A stretch of 64,000 nucleotides of DNA from an uncultured delta proteobacterium (GTDB lineage Bacteria; Desulfobacterota; Desulfobacteria; Desulfobacterales; Desulfatirhabdiaceae), in contig CAWBKP010000020.1 of NCBI GenBank assembly GCA_963789395.1, positions 128,001-192,000 on the forward strand, given 5' to 3'. The position numbers and the translations under genes were made by a program. Position 1 is the stretch's first letter. The number at the start of each line of letters is the position of its first letter. The notes beneath the pieces were generated by a model. That model was not told the origin of the DNA, did not search any database, and saw only the letters and a program-made list of their open reading frames with translations. Below, piece by piece: positions 42,265-53,164 of this stretch.

Positions 42265-43188
42265 TCACGTCTGAAACAATTCGGTGCTGATATACCGTTC
42301 GCCGGTGCTGGCAAGAATGACAATGATCCGTTTGCCTTTGGAATCGGCGCGTTTGGCCACTTCCATGGCAGCCCAGACCGCGGCGCCGGATGAAATACCG
42401 CAAAGGATGCCTTCCAGCCTGGCAAGGTTGCGGGCGGTTTCAAATGCCTGGTCGTTGGTCACGGCAATCACCTCGTCTATGAGCGATCGCTCCAGCACAC
42501 CGGGAATGAATCCTGCGCCGATGCCCTGAATTTTATGCGGACCAGGCTTTCCGCCGGCCAGAACCGGAGAATCCGCAGGTTCAACGGCAATGGACCGGAA
42601 TAGCGGATTCCGGGGTTTGATGAACTGGGAAATACCGGTCAGGGTGCCGCCGGTTCCCACACCGGCTACCAGGATGTCCACCTGTCCGTCCGTATCGTTC
42701 CAGATCTCGGGGCCGGTTGTTTCACGATGAACTTTGGGGTTGGCCGGATTCTCGAACTGATTGGGCATGTAGGCATGGCTGTCTGCGGAAACCATATTCT
42801 GAGCGGTTTCAATCGCGCCTTTCATGCCTTTTGCACCCGGAGTCAGGATCAGCCCCGCTCCCAGGTGTTTCAAGAGTTTTTGGCGCTCGATGCTCATGGT
42901 CTCCGGCATGGTCAGGGAAAGCCGGTATCCTTTTGCCGCGCAGATAAAGGCCAGGGCAATGCCGGTATTGCCGCTGGTCGGCTCAACAATGTGCGTATCC
43001 GGCCGGATCAGCCCGTCATTTTCAGCGGCTTCGATCATGCTTGCGGCGATTCTGTCTTTGACGCTGCCGAGGGGGTTGAAAAATTCCAGTTTTGCGATGA
43101 TTTCCGCGTCAATACCCTTGCAGATGCGGTTGAGGCGGACAAGGGGCGTTAAACCGATGGTTCGATCCACACGATGAAATATTTTCAT
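42265..43188 (-). CDS. cysK: Cysteine synthase A
   Basis: [35 protein letters not shown]. Confidence 0.96.
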   Translation of the reverse strand: MKIFHRVDRTIGLTPLVRLNRICKGIDAEIIAKLEFFNPLGSVKDRIAASMIEAAENDGLIRPDTHIVEPTSGNTGIALAFICAAKGYRLSLTMPETMSIERQKLLKHLGAGLILTPGAKGMKGAIETAQNMVSADSHAYMPNQFENPANPKVHRETTGPEIWNDTDGQVDILVAGVGTGGTLTGISQFIKPRNPLFRSIAVEPADSPVLAGGKPGPHKIQGIGAGFIPGVLERSLIDEVIAVTNDQAFETARNLARLEGILCGISSGAAVWAAMEVAKRADSKGKRIIVILASTGERYISTELFQT

Positions 43189-43323
43189 GCGTATCTCCTG
43201 TTCAAGATGCTGAGCGGTGTTGATATTCAGCTGAATTTATGATGTAGTATTTGTATGATTAACGCTGGAAAAAGTCAATTCTTACTCTCGTGCGGCAATT
43301 AAACTTCCCATGATTAGACGGCC

Positions 43324-44256
43324 ATGACGATTCTAACCACGATTCTTCCCATTTTTCTGGTCATTATGCTGGGCTGGGCCGTTCATCAAAGAGGGTTTCT
43401 GCCTCAGGCGTTTTTGGGTCCCGGTAACCGATTGGTATTTTATCTGGGAATTCCAGCCATGATCTTCCGTTCCATTTCCAGGGCAAGCCTTACCACCCAG
43501 TTTGACATCCGGGTGGTGCTGACCACGCTGGCGGCCGTTCTGGCCGTGTTCGGACTGACCTGGTTTGCGGTTGGATTTGTTCGGGGGGTGCGAAAGGGGC
43601 AGCGGGGCACCATCGTTCAAAGTACGTTTCACGGCAATATCGGATATATTGCGCTGGCCATCTCCTTTTATGCGCTGGGAAACGCGGGCCTGGTCCGGGC
43701 CAGCATCATTGCGGCCTTTGTCATGATTCTTCAGAATCTTCTGGCCATATTCATTCTGCAATATTATTCGGATAATGCGGCAAACAAGGGGAATGTGGGC
43801 CGTGTCTTTCTGAAAATACTGGGCAATCCGGTTATCCTGTCCTCCCTGGCAGGAATTCTGGTGTCTCTGTCGGGGATTCCTGTTCCAAAAGTAATGGATC
43901 AGACACTGGAAATAATTGGTTCATTTGCGCTTCCCATGGCCTTGTTGATCATCGGCGCATCCTTGACGTTTGACCTGGTTCGATGTCGCATTGCATCCGT
44001 TCTGTCTGTTAGTGCTGTCAAGCTGATTATCCTGCCCGGCCTGGGGTATATGGGTTTCCGGTTCCTGGGGCTCTCCGCCCAGGACTATGTGCCGGGGTTG
44101 ATCATTCTGGCCACGCCGACAGCGACCATCACCATGGTGATGGCCTTTGAAATCGGCGGGGATATGGATTTTGCCGCGGCCACGGTTTCCGTCAGCACAC
44201 TGCTGTCGGCGATTACATTCTCTCTTTGGCTCGCACTTTCCGGGATGATGCACTAG
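43324..44256 (+). CDS. AEC-family (auxin efflux carrier-like) transporter
   Basis: About 10 TM segments; NRLVFYLGIPA, GNIGY, NPVI, PMALL.IGASL. Confidence 0.88.
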   Translation: MTILTTILPIFLVIMLGWAVHQRGFLPQAFLGPGNRLVFYLGIPAMIFRSISRASLTTQFDIRVVLTTLAAVLAVFGLTWFAVGFVRGVRKGQRGTIVQSTFHGNIGYIALAISFYALGNAGLVRASIIAAFVMILQNLLAIFILQYYSDNAANKGNVGRVFLKILGNPVILSSLAGILVSLSGIPVPKVMDQTLEIIGSFALPMALLIIGASLTFDLVRCRIASVLSVSAVKLIILPGLGYMGFRFLGLSAQDYVPGLIILATPTATITMVMAFEIGGDMDFAAATVSVSTLLSAITFSLWLALSGMMH

Positions 44257-44285
44257 ACAGAAGCCGCTGTGAAACGGTGACGCGG

Positions 44286-44936
44286 CTAAAGACCGTGTAT
44301 TTCCGTAAAATGCTGAATGACGCAGAGCAAAAGCCCTTCTTCAAGAAACACGGTCGCCGACTGACCACAAAAGATATTGCTGATCCCCCGGGTCGCACTG
44401 AAACAAAGGGTTTCTCCGTTCAGCGGGTACTCCAGACCGGTAACGCGGACATTTCTGGCATCCGATCTCAAAGGAATCAGGGAAAGCAGGTCGCCGGCAC
44501 TGCCGTCAAATTGGCGTGTTTCTCCGCCATGAACCAGAGAAATTTCCTGCATGCCGTCCAGAATTCGGACCCGGCACCCGAAAAGCTCCGGTGCGGCCAG
44601 CAGCATGAAATTGGCCAGGGTCATGTCCCACCTGGCGCCCAGGGCGCCCACGAGCACGATGTCGTCGGCGCCCAAGCTCCTTGCGGCATGAAGGGCCAGC
44701 TCCATATCGGTGTGGTCTTTGCGAGCCGGGTAACGGGAAACCGGGATGCCGGAGCGTGCGACGGCATCGATTTCTTCAGGGGACAGGGAATCCATATCCC
44801 CGATAAGGGTATGGGGGCGCAGGTTCAGCGCCAGACAGTGCCGCAAGCCGCCGTCAACGGCAATGATGATATCCTCCGGTGAGATGACGGGGCGAAAGTC
44901 ACCGATAATGCCGTTGGCGATAATGACGGCGCGCAT
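44286..44936 (-). CDS. thiN: Thiamine diphosphokinase
   Basis: IAVDGG, IGDMDS, KDHTDMELAL, GALGARWD, GLEYPL, RGISN. Confidence 0.92.
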   Translation of the reverse strand: MRAVIIANGIIGDFRPVISPEDIIIAVDGGLRHCLALNLRPHTLIGDMDSLSPEEIDAVARSGIPVSRYPARKDHTDMELALHAARSLGADDIVLVGALGARWDMTLANFMLLAAPELFGCRVRILDGMQEISLVHGGETRQFDGSAGDLLSLIPLRSDARNVRVTGLEYPLNGETLCFSATRGISNIFCGQSATVFLEEGLLLCVIQHFTEIHGL

Positions 44937-44946
44937 GGGCCCTTTC

Positions 44947-45564
44947 TTACAGATTGAGGATCTGCTCCATTTCCTTGAGGCTGGTAATGTGAAAATCGGA
45001 CCGCAGGGCAGGATTTTTATACGCAACCAGAATGGCGCCGGCTGCTTCCGCCGCGATCTGATCCAGTTCGGAATCGCCGACATAGAGAAGCTCATCCGGT
45101 TCAATATCAAAATGCCGCAGGATTTTGTTCAAGGGGTCTGGGTGGGGTTTGGGATGATCGACGTCCCAGGCGCTGACTACCAGGTCAAAAAGATCTTCCA
45201 GACCGTGCGCTTCCAGCACGGTCTGGATAGTGTTTGTCCGGTTGGTTGCGATCGCCGTCGGGTATGCGGGCCGCAGCCGGTGAAGCAGGGGTTTCAGATA
45301 CGGCTCGATTTGCATTTTTTCCAGAAACGGCAGATACGGCATCTGTTTCCGATAGATATTGGCTTCGGCGGCTTCGGCCGGATCCGGAAAAAGAAAGGAA
45401 ATGGCCTCATCCGCGGTATGCATGTGAACAAAAGCAAACTGATCCGGCCTCATTGCGGGTTTATTCGCATGCTGCAGAATCTGGTTGTAATAGTCCATGT
45501 TGACGGTTTCAGTGTCGAACATGACCCCGTCGCAGTCAAAGGCAACCACCCGAATGCGTTTCAT
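44947..45564 (-). CDS. HAD-family hydrolase (phosphoglycolate phosphatase-like)
   Basis: FDCDGVMFD, ATNR, KPHPD, YVGDSELD. Confidence 0.9.
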   Translation of the reverse strand: MKRIRVVAFDCDGVMFDTETVNMDYYNQILQHANKPAMRPDQFAFVHMHTADEAISFLFPDPAEAAEANIYRKQMPYLPFLEKMQIEPYLKPLLHRLRPAYPTAIATNRTNTIQTVLEAHGLEDLFDLVVSAWDVDHPKPHPDPLNKILRHFDIEPDELLYVGDSELDQIAAEAAGAILVAYKNPALRSDFHITSLKEMEQILNL

Positions 45565-45573
45565 ACCTGCCTG

Positions 45574-46299
45574 TTACTGCGTTTTCTTGACGGCTTCAAG
45601 GATCTGCCCATAAACGCTGAGCTGAATTTCCGGCTTGACCGGGCTGTTTGTCTTCAACGTAATGACATCGTAATAGCGCCCGGGATCTTTTTTCAGGTTT
45701 TCGACGGTGACAATGTAGGATGTTGCGTTGTTTTCCTGTTTTTCTTCGATTTTGGTCTTTATGTCGGTTCCGTTTTTCGATTTGGTTTCCAGCACCTTGA
45801 ACGGATACTTGGGATCGGGTGAAACCGTGACTGTTCCGATGATCGGTTCACCCGCATTTCCGCGCAGAATCAGTTTGTTCGGGGTGATATTGGCAAATTT
45901 CTCGACATTGCCGGAGATTTCAATCGACACATTGGGCTGTTTTGCAGCGCTGGTTTCCACCATGACGCTCTTTTTCATTAAGGTACCGCCATGTCCGTTG
46001 GTATCTACTTTAATGGTGATCTTTCCCTCGCCGCCGGCGGGGATTTGTCTCGTGTATGAGACGGCCGTGCACCCTCAGCCGGTTTTGACGTTGAGAACGG
46101 ATAACACATCGGTACCTTTATTCAGTATGACAAAATCATGGACAACTTCCGTGCCTTCAACGACCGGCTGAAACGTAAACTGAGTTTCCGGCAGGGCATA
46201 CGAAAGCGTTTCATCCTGCGCTACCCCGGCACCGGATGAAAGGGGAAGTGCCACAAGGCAAATCATCAACAACCACTTGGCATAAGAAATGAATTTCAT
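45574..46299 (-). CDS. Exported DUF1573 (Ig-like) protein with in-frame UGA at codon 75; candidate selenoprotein with U-x-C motif, 241 aa
   Basis: ORFs 46075..46299 and 45574..45978 share one frame; read-through gives HDFVILNKGTDVLSVLNVKTG-U-GCTAVSYTRQIPAGGEGKITIKVDT, matching the DUF1573 xCGCT...IPPG pattern. Confidence 0.8.
46040..46074 (-). promoter_or_regulatory. Candidate bacterial SECIS hairpin
   Basis: mRNA after UGA: GGGUGCACGGCC-GUCUC-auacac-GAGAC-AAAUCCC; upper stem starts 12 nt after UGA. Confidence 0.5.
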
Positions 46300-46369
46300 A
46301 AATTAGCTCTCCAATTAATCATAAATAAGTCACTATTTATATAGAACGGGATACGCTTCAATATTGAAC

Positions 46370-46398
46370 AATTTATGCCCCATTTTTACGAATGTCAA
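46370..46398 (-). promoter_or_regulatory. Candidate sigma70 promoter for DUF1573-HAD-thiN
   Basis: Minus strand TTGACA-N17-TAAATT. Confidence 0.55.
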
Positions 46399-46569
46399 GA
46401 CGGTTCAACGAAAGCGCGTAGCCAGCAGATTGTTCCAATTTGCCCAGGGCTTGTATTACCCGGGGTTGCTGTTGCTTGACGGCGCACTGAAAAAAGCATT
46501 TACAGAATGCATCAGATATGGTTATCACATAAACGATATCCTTCAACACTTTAGAACAGGTGGGAAACC

Positions 46570-48848
46570 ATGCTGGAGCATTTCAAAAACTTTCGTCAAA
46601 GCCTGTCATATCGGTTGATTTTCATGATGGGACTGACCTTGTTTATCAGTTTTTCAACTTGGGCATATTTCAGCATCACATACCAGAAAGACAAGGCGGT
46701 GAAAGATATTGTGGTATGGACGGATCGGCTGAGTGAAACCATCAAGCTGGGAACCCACTATGCGATGATGCTGAACGCAAGGGACTATATCAACCAGAGC
46801 ATCCAGAACATTGGAAAGCAGAAAACGATCGAGCATATCCGTATTTTTAACAAGGACGGAGAAATCAAGTTTTCAAACTCACCGGATGAGGTTGGGCAAA
46901 CAACCAATATCAAGGCTGAAGCCTGCTTTATCTGCCATAAAACAGAGCCGCCGCGGGTAAATCTTGATCTGTCTGAACGGGTTCGAATCTTTGACGACCC
47001 AAAGGGATACCGTCAGATCGGTGTGATTACCCCCATTCGAAATGAAACCAGCTGTGCTACCGATATTTGCCATGTCCATCCCCAGGACAAAGTGATTCTG
47101 GGCGCCCTGGACGTGGTGGTTTCGATGAAGGAAACCGATGCTGAAATCGTGTTTTTCGAAGAAGGGATCATTGCGCTGGCCAGTTTTATTTTTACCCTAA
47201 CCTCGGCGGTCATATTTATTTTTATCGTAAGGTTCATTAAACTGCCGATTCAAAAGCTTATCGATGGAACGCAGATGATTGCCAGGGGACAATATCAGGC
47301 AAAAATCGATATCCGATCAAGGGATGAACTGGGGCAGCTGGCAACTGCATTCCAGAAAATGGGGAAAAAAATCAGTGAAAAACGCAGCGAATTGAGCAAA
47401 CAGCGAAACGAGTATCAGAATCTGTTTGAACAGGCCCCCTGTATCATTTCGGTTCAGAACAGGGACTACAGGCTGCTGCGGTATAACCGGGAATTCTCGG
47501 AGCGCTTTGATCCCAAACCCGGGGATTTTTGTTTTTCGGCCTATAAGGGGCGCATCGAAAAATGCAGGATATGTCCGGTGGAAAAGACGTTTGAAGACGG
47601 CCTTTCGCATTACAGTGAAGAAACCGGGGTAAACAAGGATGGGACCCGGACATACTGGATTGTCCGGACATCGCCCATCCGGGATGATGACGGGAATATC
47701 GTTGCCGCAATGGAGATGAGCATTGATATTTCCCGAAGCAAGCAACTGGAGGAAAAACTGGCTGAATCTGAAAGACAGTATTACGCTGTCTTTAACAATA
47801 TTCCCAATCCCGTATTTGTTTTGGATATTAATACCCTGGTGATACTTGACTGCAACCAGAGCGTCAAATCCGTGTATGGATATGCCAAAAACGAAATCAT
47901 ATCAAAATCGTTTCTGGAATTGTTTTCTGAAGAAGAAAGAGAATATTATGCATTCAAACTGCATACATCATCCGTTTTTAACCGCGTCAAACAAATCAAT
48001 AAATACAGGCAAAACCCTTTTTGTGAATATCCGGATTTCTCCTTCGGAATATCGCGGGAAAAAGGTTCTGCTGCTGACTACCGGCGATGATACCAAGCGG
48101 CTTGAGGCGGAACAGCAGATCATTCAGGCCAGCAAGATGGCGACCCTGGGGGAGATGGCCACCGGCGTGGCGCATGAGCTGAATCAACCGCTTTCGGTCA
48201 TCAAGACCGCCAGCAGTTTTTTCATGAAAAAAATCACACGCAAAGAACCCATCAAAGACGAAATCCTCCTTACATTGTCCCAGGAAATTGACAGTCATGT
48301 GGATCGGGCCACGAGAATCATCAACCACATGCGGATGTTTGGCCGCAAATCCGAAATGACCCTGGAAAACGTCCAGGTGAACGACGTTCTAAAAAGTGCG
48401 TTTGAAATATTCAGCCAGCAGCTCAAGGTCCGGGGGATTGGCGTTGAATGGGATCTTTATCCGAATATTGCCGCCGATTCTGGCGGACGCTGGCCGGTTG
48501 GAACAGGTTTTTATCAACCTTCTCCTGAATGCGCGGGACGCCATTGAAGAAAAATGCGATTCGCGCCAGATCGTCAAGGATATGGGACAGATCACCCTGA
48601 AAACCACTGCCGACGACACGCATGTCACGATATCCGTCAGCGATACCGGCAGCGGCATTCCGCCTGACAAGCTGGAAAAAATTTTCGAGCCGTTCTTTAC
48701 CACAAAAAAAGTGGGGAAAGGCACGGGACTGGGCCTGTCCATCAGTTACAGCTTTATCAAGGAATGCCAGGGAGAGATTCGTGCGGTTAACAATCCAGGC
48801 GGCGGAGCGACCTTTATCCTTTCTTTTCCCAAGATGACAGACCCATGA
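46570..48848 (+). CDS. Membrane sensor histidine kinase with periplasmic c-heme motifs, HAMP and two PAS domains; frameshifts near 48005 and 48465
   Basis: [22 protein letters not shown]-box [39 protein letters not shown] spread over three frames. Confidence 0.88.
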
Positions 48849-48918
48849 TCGTGGGGTGTCGGCTTATGGGCGGCAAAAACCGCTTTTATGATCCGTTGCA
48901 CATAATGTGGCAGGTAAA

Positions 48919-50058
48919 ATGAATCGAACCGTTATGGTTGTTGATGATGAGGCGGGAATCCGCACTGTTCTGGGCATTACCCTATCGGATATGGGATATG
49001 TCGTTCATCCTGCGGAAACCGGTGAACAAGCCCTTGAATTGTTTCGCAGCACCCATCCTGCCATTGTTCTGACGGATATCAAAATGCCTGGCATGGGCGG
49101 CCTCGAACTGCTTCAGGCGGTAAAGCGGGAGAACCCGGATGTTGAAGTGATCATGATGACCGGGCATGGGGATATGGATCTGGCTGTCAGAAGCCTGAAA
49201 TACGAAGCCACGGATTTTGTAACCAAACCCATTGGCGACGAAGCCCTTGAAATTGCGTTGAAACGGGCTCAGGACCGCATCGCGATTCGAAAACAGATCA
49301 GGGACTATACCGAAAATCTGGAGCTTCTGGTTCGGGAAAAAACGCGGAAACTGATAGAAGCTGAAAGACTGGCTGCCGTTGGCGAGGCCATTGCCGGGAT
49401 TTCACACGCCATCAAGAATATTGCAGGCGGGCTGAAAGGCGGGGCCTTTGTCCTGGAAAAAGGGATCGAACTTCATGACGATCAGTATCTTTACCAGGGA
49501 TGGGCTATGGTCAAAGGAAATGTTGAAAAAATCGCCAATCTTTCGATGGATCTGCTCAATTATGGAAAGTCTTCCGAAATCCACGGCCGTATTTGCGATC
49601 CCAATCAGCCGGCAAGGGAGATTGTCGATTTAATGACGCCTCTGGCTGAGGCATCGGGAGTTCGGCTTGATGCCGTTTTCTCAACTGCGCTCACCCCCAT
49701 CTGCCTGGATCCGGACGCCATTCACCAGTGCCTGAACAATCTGGTCGCAAATGCCATCGAAGCCTGTGCGGAAAAGTCTTCGCCGGACAGCCCGGCAACT
49801 GTCGTCCTGCGCACCCTTCGGACAGCCGGCTGGGGGGTGGAATATCAGGTGGAAGATAACGGGTGTGGAATGGATGAAGATACCCGCCGAAAACTTTTTC
49901 AGAGTTTTTTCAGCACCAAAGGCAGCAAAGGCACCGGCATCGGCCTGATGACAACCAGAAAAATCGTAGAAAAGCATCACGGAGACATTCAGGTAACATC
50001 CACATTGGGGAAGGGGACGCTATGTATCGTGCGACTGCCGGAATCTCCCCTGCACTGA
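48919..50058 (+). CDS. Cytoplasmic hybrid receiver-histidine kinase
   Basis: VVDDE, LTDIKMPG; SHAIKN; NAIEA, DNGCGM, FFSTKGSKGTGIGL. Confidence 0.92.
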   Translation: MNRTVMVVDDEAGIRTVLGITLSDMGYVVHPAETGEQALELFRSTHPAIVLTDIKMPGMGGLELLQAVKRENPDVEVIMMTGHGDMDLAVRSLKYEATDFVTKPIGDEALEIALKRAQDRIAIRKQIRDYTENLELLVREKTRKLIEAERLAAVGEAIAGISHAIKNIAGGLKGGAFVLEKGIELHDDQYLYQGWAMVKGNVEKIANLSMDLLNYGKSSEIHGRICDPNQPAREIVDLMTPLAEASGVRLDAVFSTALTPICLDPDAIHQCLNNLVANAIEACAEKSSPDSPATVVLRTLRTAGWGVEYQVEDNGCGMDEDTRRKLFQSFFSTKGSKGTGIGLMTTRKIVEKHHGDIQVTSTLGKGTLCIVRLPESPLH

Positions 50059-50078
50059 AAACAACTGCTGCAGGACCC

Positions 50079-51521
50079 TCAGGATTCCCTGCCCCCTTCT
50101 TTAACGGAGGTCTCAAATTTCAGCCCGTATTTTTCGATTTTTGAATGCAGGGTGGGTCTGGAAAGCCCCAGAAGCTTGGCGGCGCGGGAACGATTGCCGC
50201 CGCTGAGGTTCAGGGCTTCGCTGATAAAAATACCGGCAACCTGATCCATGACGGTATCAAAAATATTTTCGCCGGTGCTGGTCATCAGAGCGCGATGCAG
50301 CACGCGCCGGAGCAGCAGATCGTTTTTTTCATCGCTGTCTTCAGTTGCAGGAGATTTCTCGCTGATGGCCTGTGAAATGTCATCAGCGCTGAGCGGCGCC
50401 CCCCGATTGAAGATCACGGTTTTCTGGATGGTGTTGGCCAGTTCCCTGACGTTTCCAGGCCAGGGATAACTGCTAAGAAGCTGCGCTGCTTCGGGGGTGA
50501 TTCCCGGACAGTCCATTCCCAGTTCCTTGAAAAACCGCGAGAGAAAATATTCGGAAAGCAGTGGGATATCGCCGGAGCGCTCTTTTAACGGGGGAAGCCA
50601 GATGGTGACAACCTTCAACCGGTAATAGAGATCTTCCCGGAACCGGCCGGCTTCGATGGCGGTTTCCAGGTTCCGATTGGTGGCGGCGATGATGCGGACA
50701 TCCACCGGAATAGTCTCGCGGCCCCCAAGCCGTTCGATACTTCTTTCCTGCAGCAGGCGCAGCATTTTGGATTGCAGGCTGAACGGCATGTCGCCGATTT
50801 CGTCCAGGAAAACGGTTCCGCCGCTGGCCTGTTCCAGCTTGCCGACCCTGCGGTGATTGGCGCCGGTAAAAGACCCTTTTTCATATCCGAACAATTCGCT
50901 TTCCAGCAGGCTGTCGGGAATGGCCACGCAGTTGATTACCAGAAACGGCTTGTTCGCCCGCAGGCTGTGCTGGTAGATTGCACGAGCCACCAGCTCCTTG
51001 CCGGTTCCCGATTCTCCCCGGATCAACACCGTGGCCTCTGTCGGGGCAACCCGTCCAATGGCTTTGTACACTTCCTGCATAAGGGGGCTTCGGCCGATAA
51101 TGGCCTCCCGGTTTGCCTTGTCCGGCGCGCCGTTCATGTCGACGGGAGAGCGCATGAAGCGGCCGGCTTCGATGGCCTGGCCAATGACGGAGAGCATGTC
51201 CGGGATGTCAAACGGCTTCAGGATATAATCAAAAGCGCCCATCTTGGTGGCTTCAATGGCGGTTTCCGTGTTTCCGTAAGCTGTCATGATGATGACCGGC
51301 AGTTTCGGCTCAATCTCATGTATCACCTTAAAGGTTTCAAAACCGTTCATTCCCGGAAGGCGCATGTCCAGAATGACCAGATCCGGCGGGCTTTGACGGA
51401 TCAAGGCAATGCCCGCCTCACCTGAGGCGGCGCTGTCGATGCTGTAGCCTTCCTGAAGCAGCAGCTTATGAAAACTTTTCCGCAACTGGTCGTCGTCGTC
51501 AATAATCAGTATTCTGCTCAA
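50079..51521 (-). CDS. Sigma54-dependent response regulator (NtrC family)
   Basis: REC domain, GESGTGKE, ELFGYEKGSFTGA, FLDEIGD, WPGNVREL, Fis-type HTH. Confidence 0.95.
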   Translation of the reverse strand: MSRILIIDDDDQLRKSFHKLLLQEGYSIDSAASGEAGIALIRQSPPDLVILDMRLPGMNGFETFKVIHEIEPKLPVIIMTAYGNTETAIEATKMGAFDYILKPFDIPDMLSVIGQAIEAGRFMRSPVDMNGAPDKANREAIIGRSPLMQEVYKAIGRVAPTEATVLIRGESGTGKELVARAIYQHSLRANKPFLVINCVAIPDSLLESELFGYEKGSFTGANHRRVGKLEQASGGTVFLDEIGDMPFSLQSKMLRLLQERSIERLGGRETIPVDVRIIAATNRNLETAIEAGRFREDLYYRLKVVTIWLPPLKERSGDIPLLSEYFLSRFFKELGMDCPGITPEAAQLLSSYPWPGNVRELANTIQKTVIFNRGAPLSADDISQAISEKSPATEDSDEKNDLLLRRVLHRALMTSTGENIFDTVMDQVAGIFISEALNLSGGNRSRAAKLLGLSRPTLHSKIEKYGLKFETSVKEGGRES

Positions 51522-51524
51522 GAT

Positions 51525-52988
51525 TCAGTCCCTCACCGGAAGCGTGATGGTAAACGTGGTTCCCGTGCCTTCGATGGAAGTCAAGTTCAGTCTGCCGCCA
51601 TGTTCCTCGATGATGCGGGAAGCGATACTGAGACCAAGACCCGTCCCTTCTTCCTTTGTTGTAAAAAAAGGCTGAAGGACTTTATCCACCAGAGGTCCGG
51701 GGATTCCCGGCCCATTGTCGCTGACGCGAATCACCACCATTTTCCCGGTTGGCCTTTCAATGGTTTCTTCTTCGGAGATAATGATCCGTCCCCCTTTTTT
51801 CATGGCTTCACAGGCATTGACAACAAGGTTGACCAGAACTTCCTTAAGCTGTTCAGGGTCTGCCGAAATCTGTGGTAACGGGCGTTTTCGAATGACTTCA
51901 ATACGGACTTCATACGAGACCAGGCGGTGCTCCAGGAGTTGAATGACCAGATCAACGATTACCGAAGGACTCACGTGCTGCATTTTAAGCTTCGGCGGCC
52001 GGGAAAATTCCAGAAAATTCTGAACAATGGTGTCGATATGCCGGATTTCCTGAGAAATCACATCCAGATCATCTTTTTGCGTCTCTGTCAAATTCAGGGT
52101 TCTTCCCAGAGAGAACATGCGCATTTTTACGGAGGTGAATGGATTGCGAATACTGTGGGCCATGCCGGCAGCCAGTTTCCCGACCAGTGCCATTTTCTCA
52201 GCCTGAAGCAGGGTTTCGCGGCTCTTCTGAAGTTCGCTGTGGGTCTGATCCACATCTTCGATCAGGTCGCGCACGCTGTGACTGAGCGATTTGATTTCAT
52301 TTTGGGATGCAGTGGATGTTCCCATGCGGCTGGCTTCCCCGGCAAGCTTGCGAAGGGGCTCCAAAATGTGCTGAATAAAAAAGAATATCAGTATGATAGC
52401 TGCCAGGGCAACAAACATCGATACCAACACGGAAATATATCTCAGTTTTCCGGCCTGGTCATGGCCGTTTTCCGTGGCCTTATGGATGCGATCAACCTGC
52501 AGTTGTTTGTACTGCTCACATGAATCCAGAATGGTAAAAAACAGATTGCGAACTTCCCGGTGCAGTTTTAAACCGTTTTCCTTGTCGCCGTCCTTATAAT
52601 ATGCGATGACGCGATCTTTGGCGGCAATATAGGCATTGTATTCGTGATCAATCCGGTCAAGTATCTCCTGTTGCAAGTCGGTGTCCGACAGATGTCTGGC
52701 GGCGCTCAGTCTTTCCTTGAAAATCTGCCGGTATTCTCCAAGCTGCCGCAGCCATTCCGGGTCACCGTCCAGAAAAAAATAGGACACAAAGCCTTTCTGG
52801 TTTACCAGAGCGGTTTCCATGGACTCGGCGGTCTGAAAATTCTCAAGATGTTTTTCAGTAATGGATACCAGAATTTCTTCCATCCGGAATGTATACCAAA
52901 TCGTAATTACGCTGCCCATGAATGTAATGACAATGAGCGTCAACAAAATGGCGTAGACACGGGTTCTCAGACTGACGGGCTTCCACAT
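51525..52988 (-). CDS. Membrane sensor histidine kinase with four-helix-bundle periplasmic domain; partner of the downstream NtrC regulator
   Basis: Two TM segments; LAAGMAHSIRNP, NACEA, DNGPGI, FFTTKEEGTGLGL. Confidence 0.92.
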   Translation of the reverse strand: MWKPVSLRTRVYAILLTLIVITFMGSVITIWYTFRMEEILVSITEKHLENFQTAESMETALVNQKGFVSYFFLDGDPEWLRQLGEYRQIFKERLSAARHLSDTDLQQEILDRIDHEYNAYIAAKDRVIAYYKDGDKENGLKLHREVRNLFFTILDSCEQYKQLQVDRIHKATENGHDQAGKLRYISVLVSMFVALAAIILIFFFIQHILEPLRKLAGEASRMGTSTASQNEIKSLSHSVRDLIEDVDQTHSELQKSRETLLQAEKMALVGKLAAGMAHSIRNPFTSVKMRMFSLGRTLNLTETQKDDLDVISQEIRHIDTIVQNFLEFSRPPKLKMQHVSPSVIVDLVIQLLEHRLVSYEVRIEVIRKRPLPQISADPEQLKEVLVNLVVNACEAMKKGGRIIISEEETIERPTGKMVVIRVSDNGPGIPGPLVDKVLQPFFTTKEEGTGLGLSIASRIIEEHGGRLNLTSIEGTGTTFTITLPVRD

Positions 52989-53164
52989 GCGTTCATCCCT
53001 TATAATCTCCGGATGGCCCTTCCGGAGGATAACCCTTGACACAAGCCAAAGGATTTTGTAATTCATTACTGATAAGCGATTGGATGTTCATTCTTAAATT
53101 TAACGTTAACCATACGTATTAGACGCTTATTTTTCAACATGAATTATTATATGAGGGACTCCAT

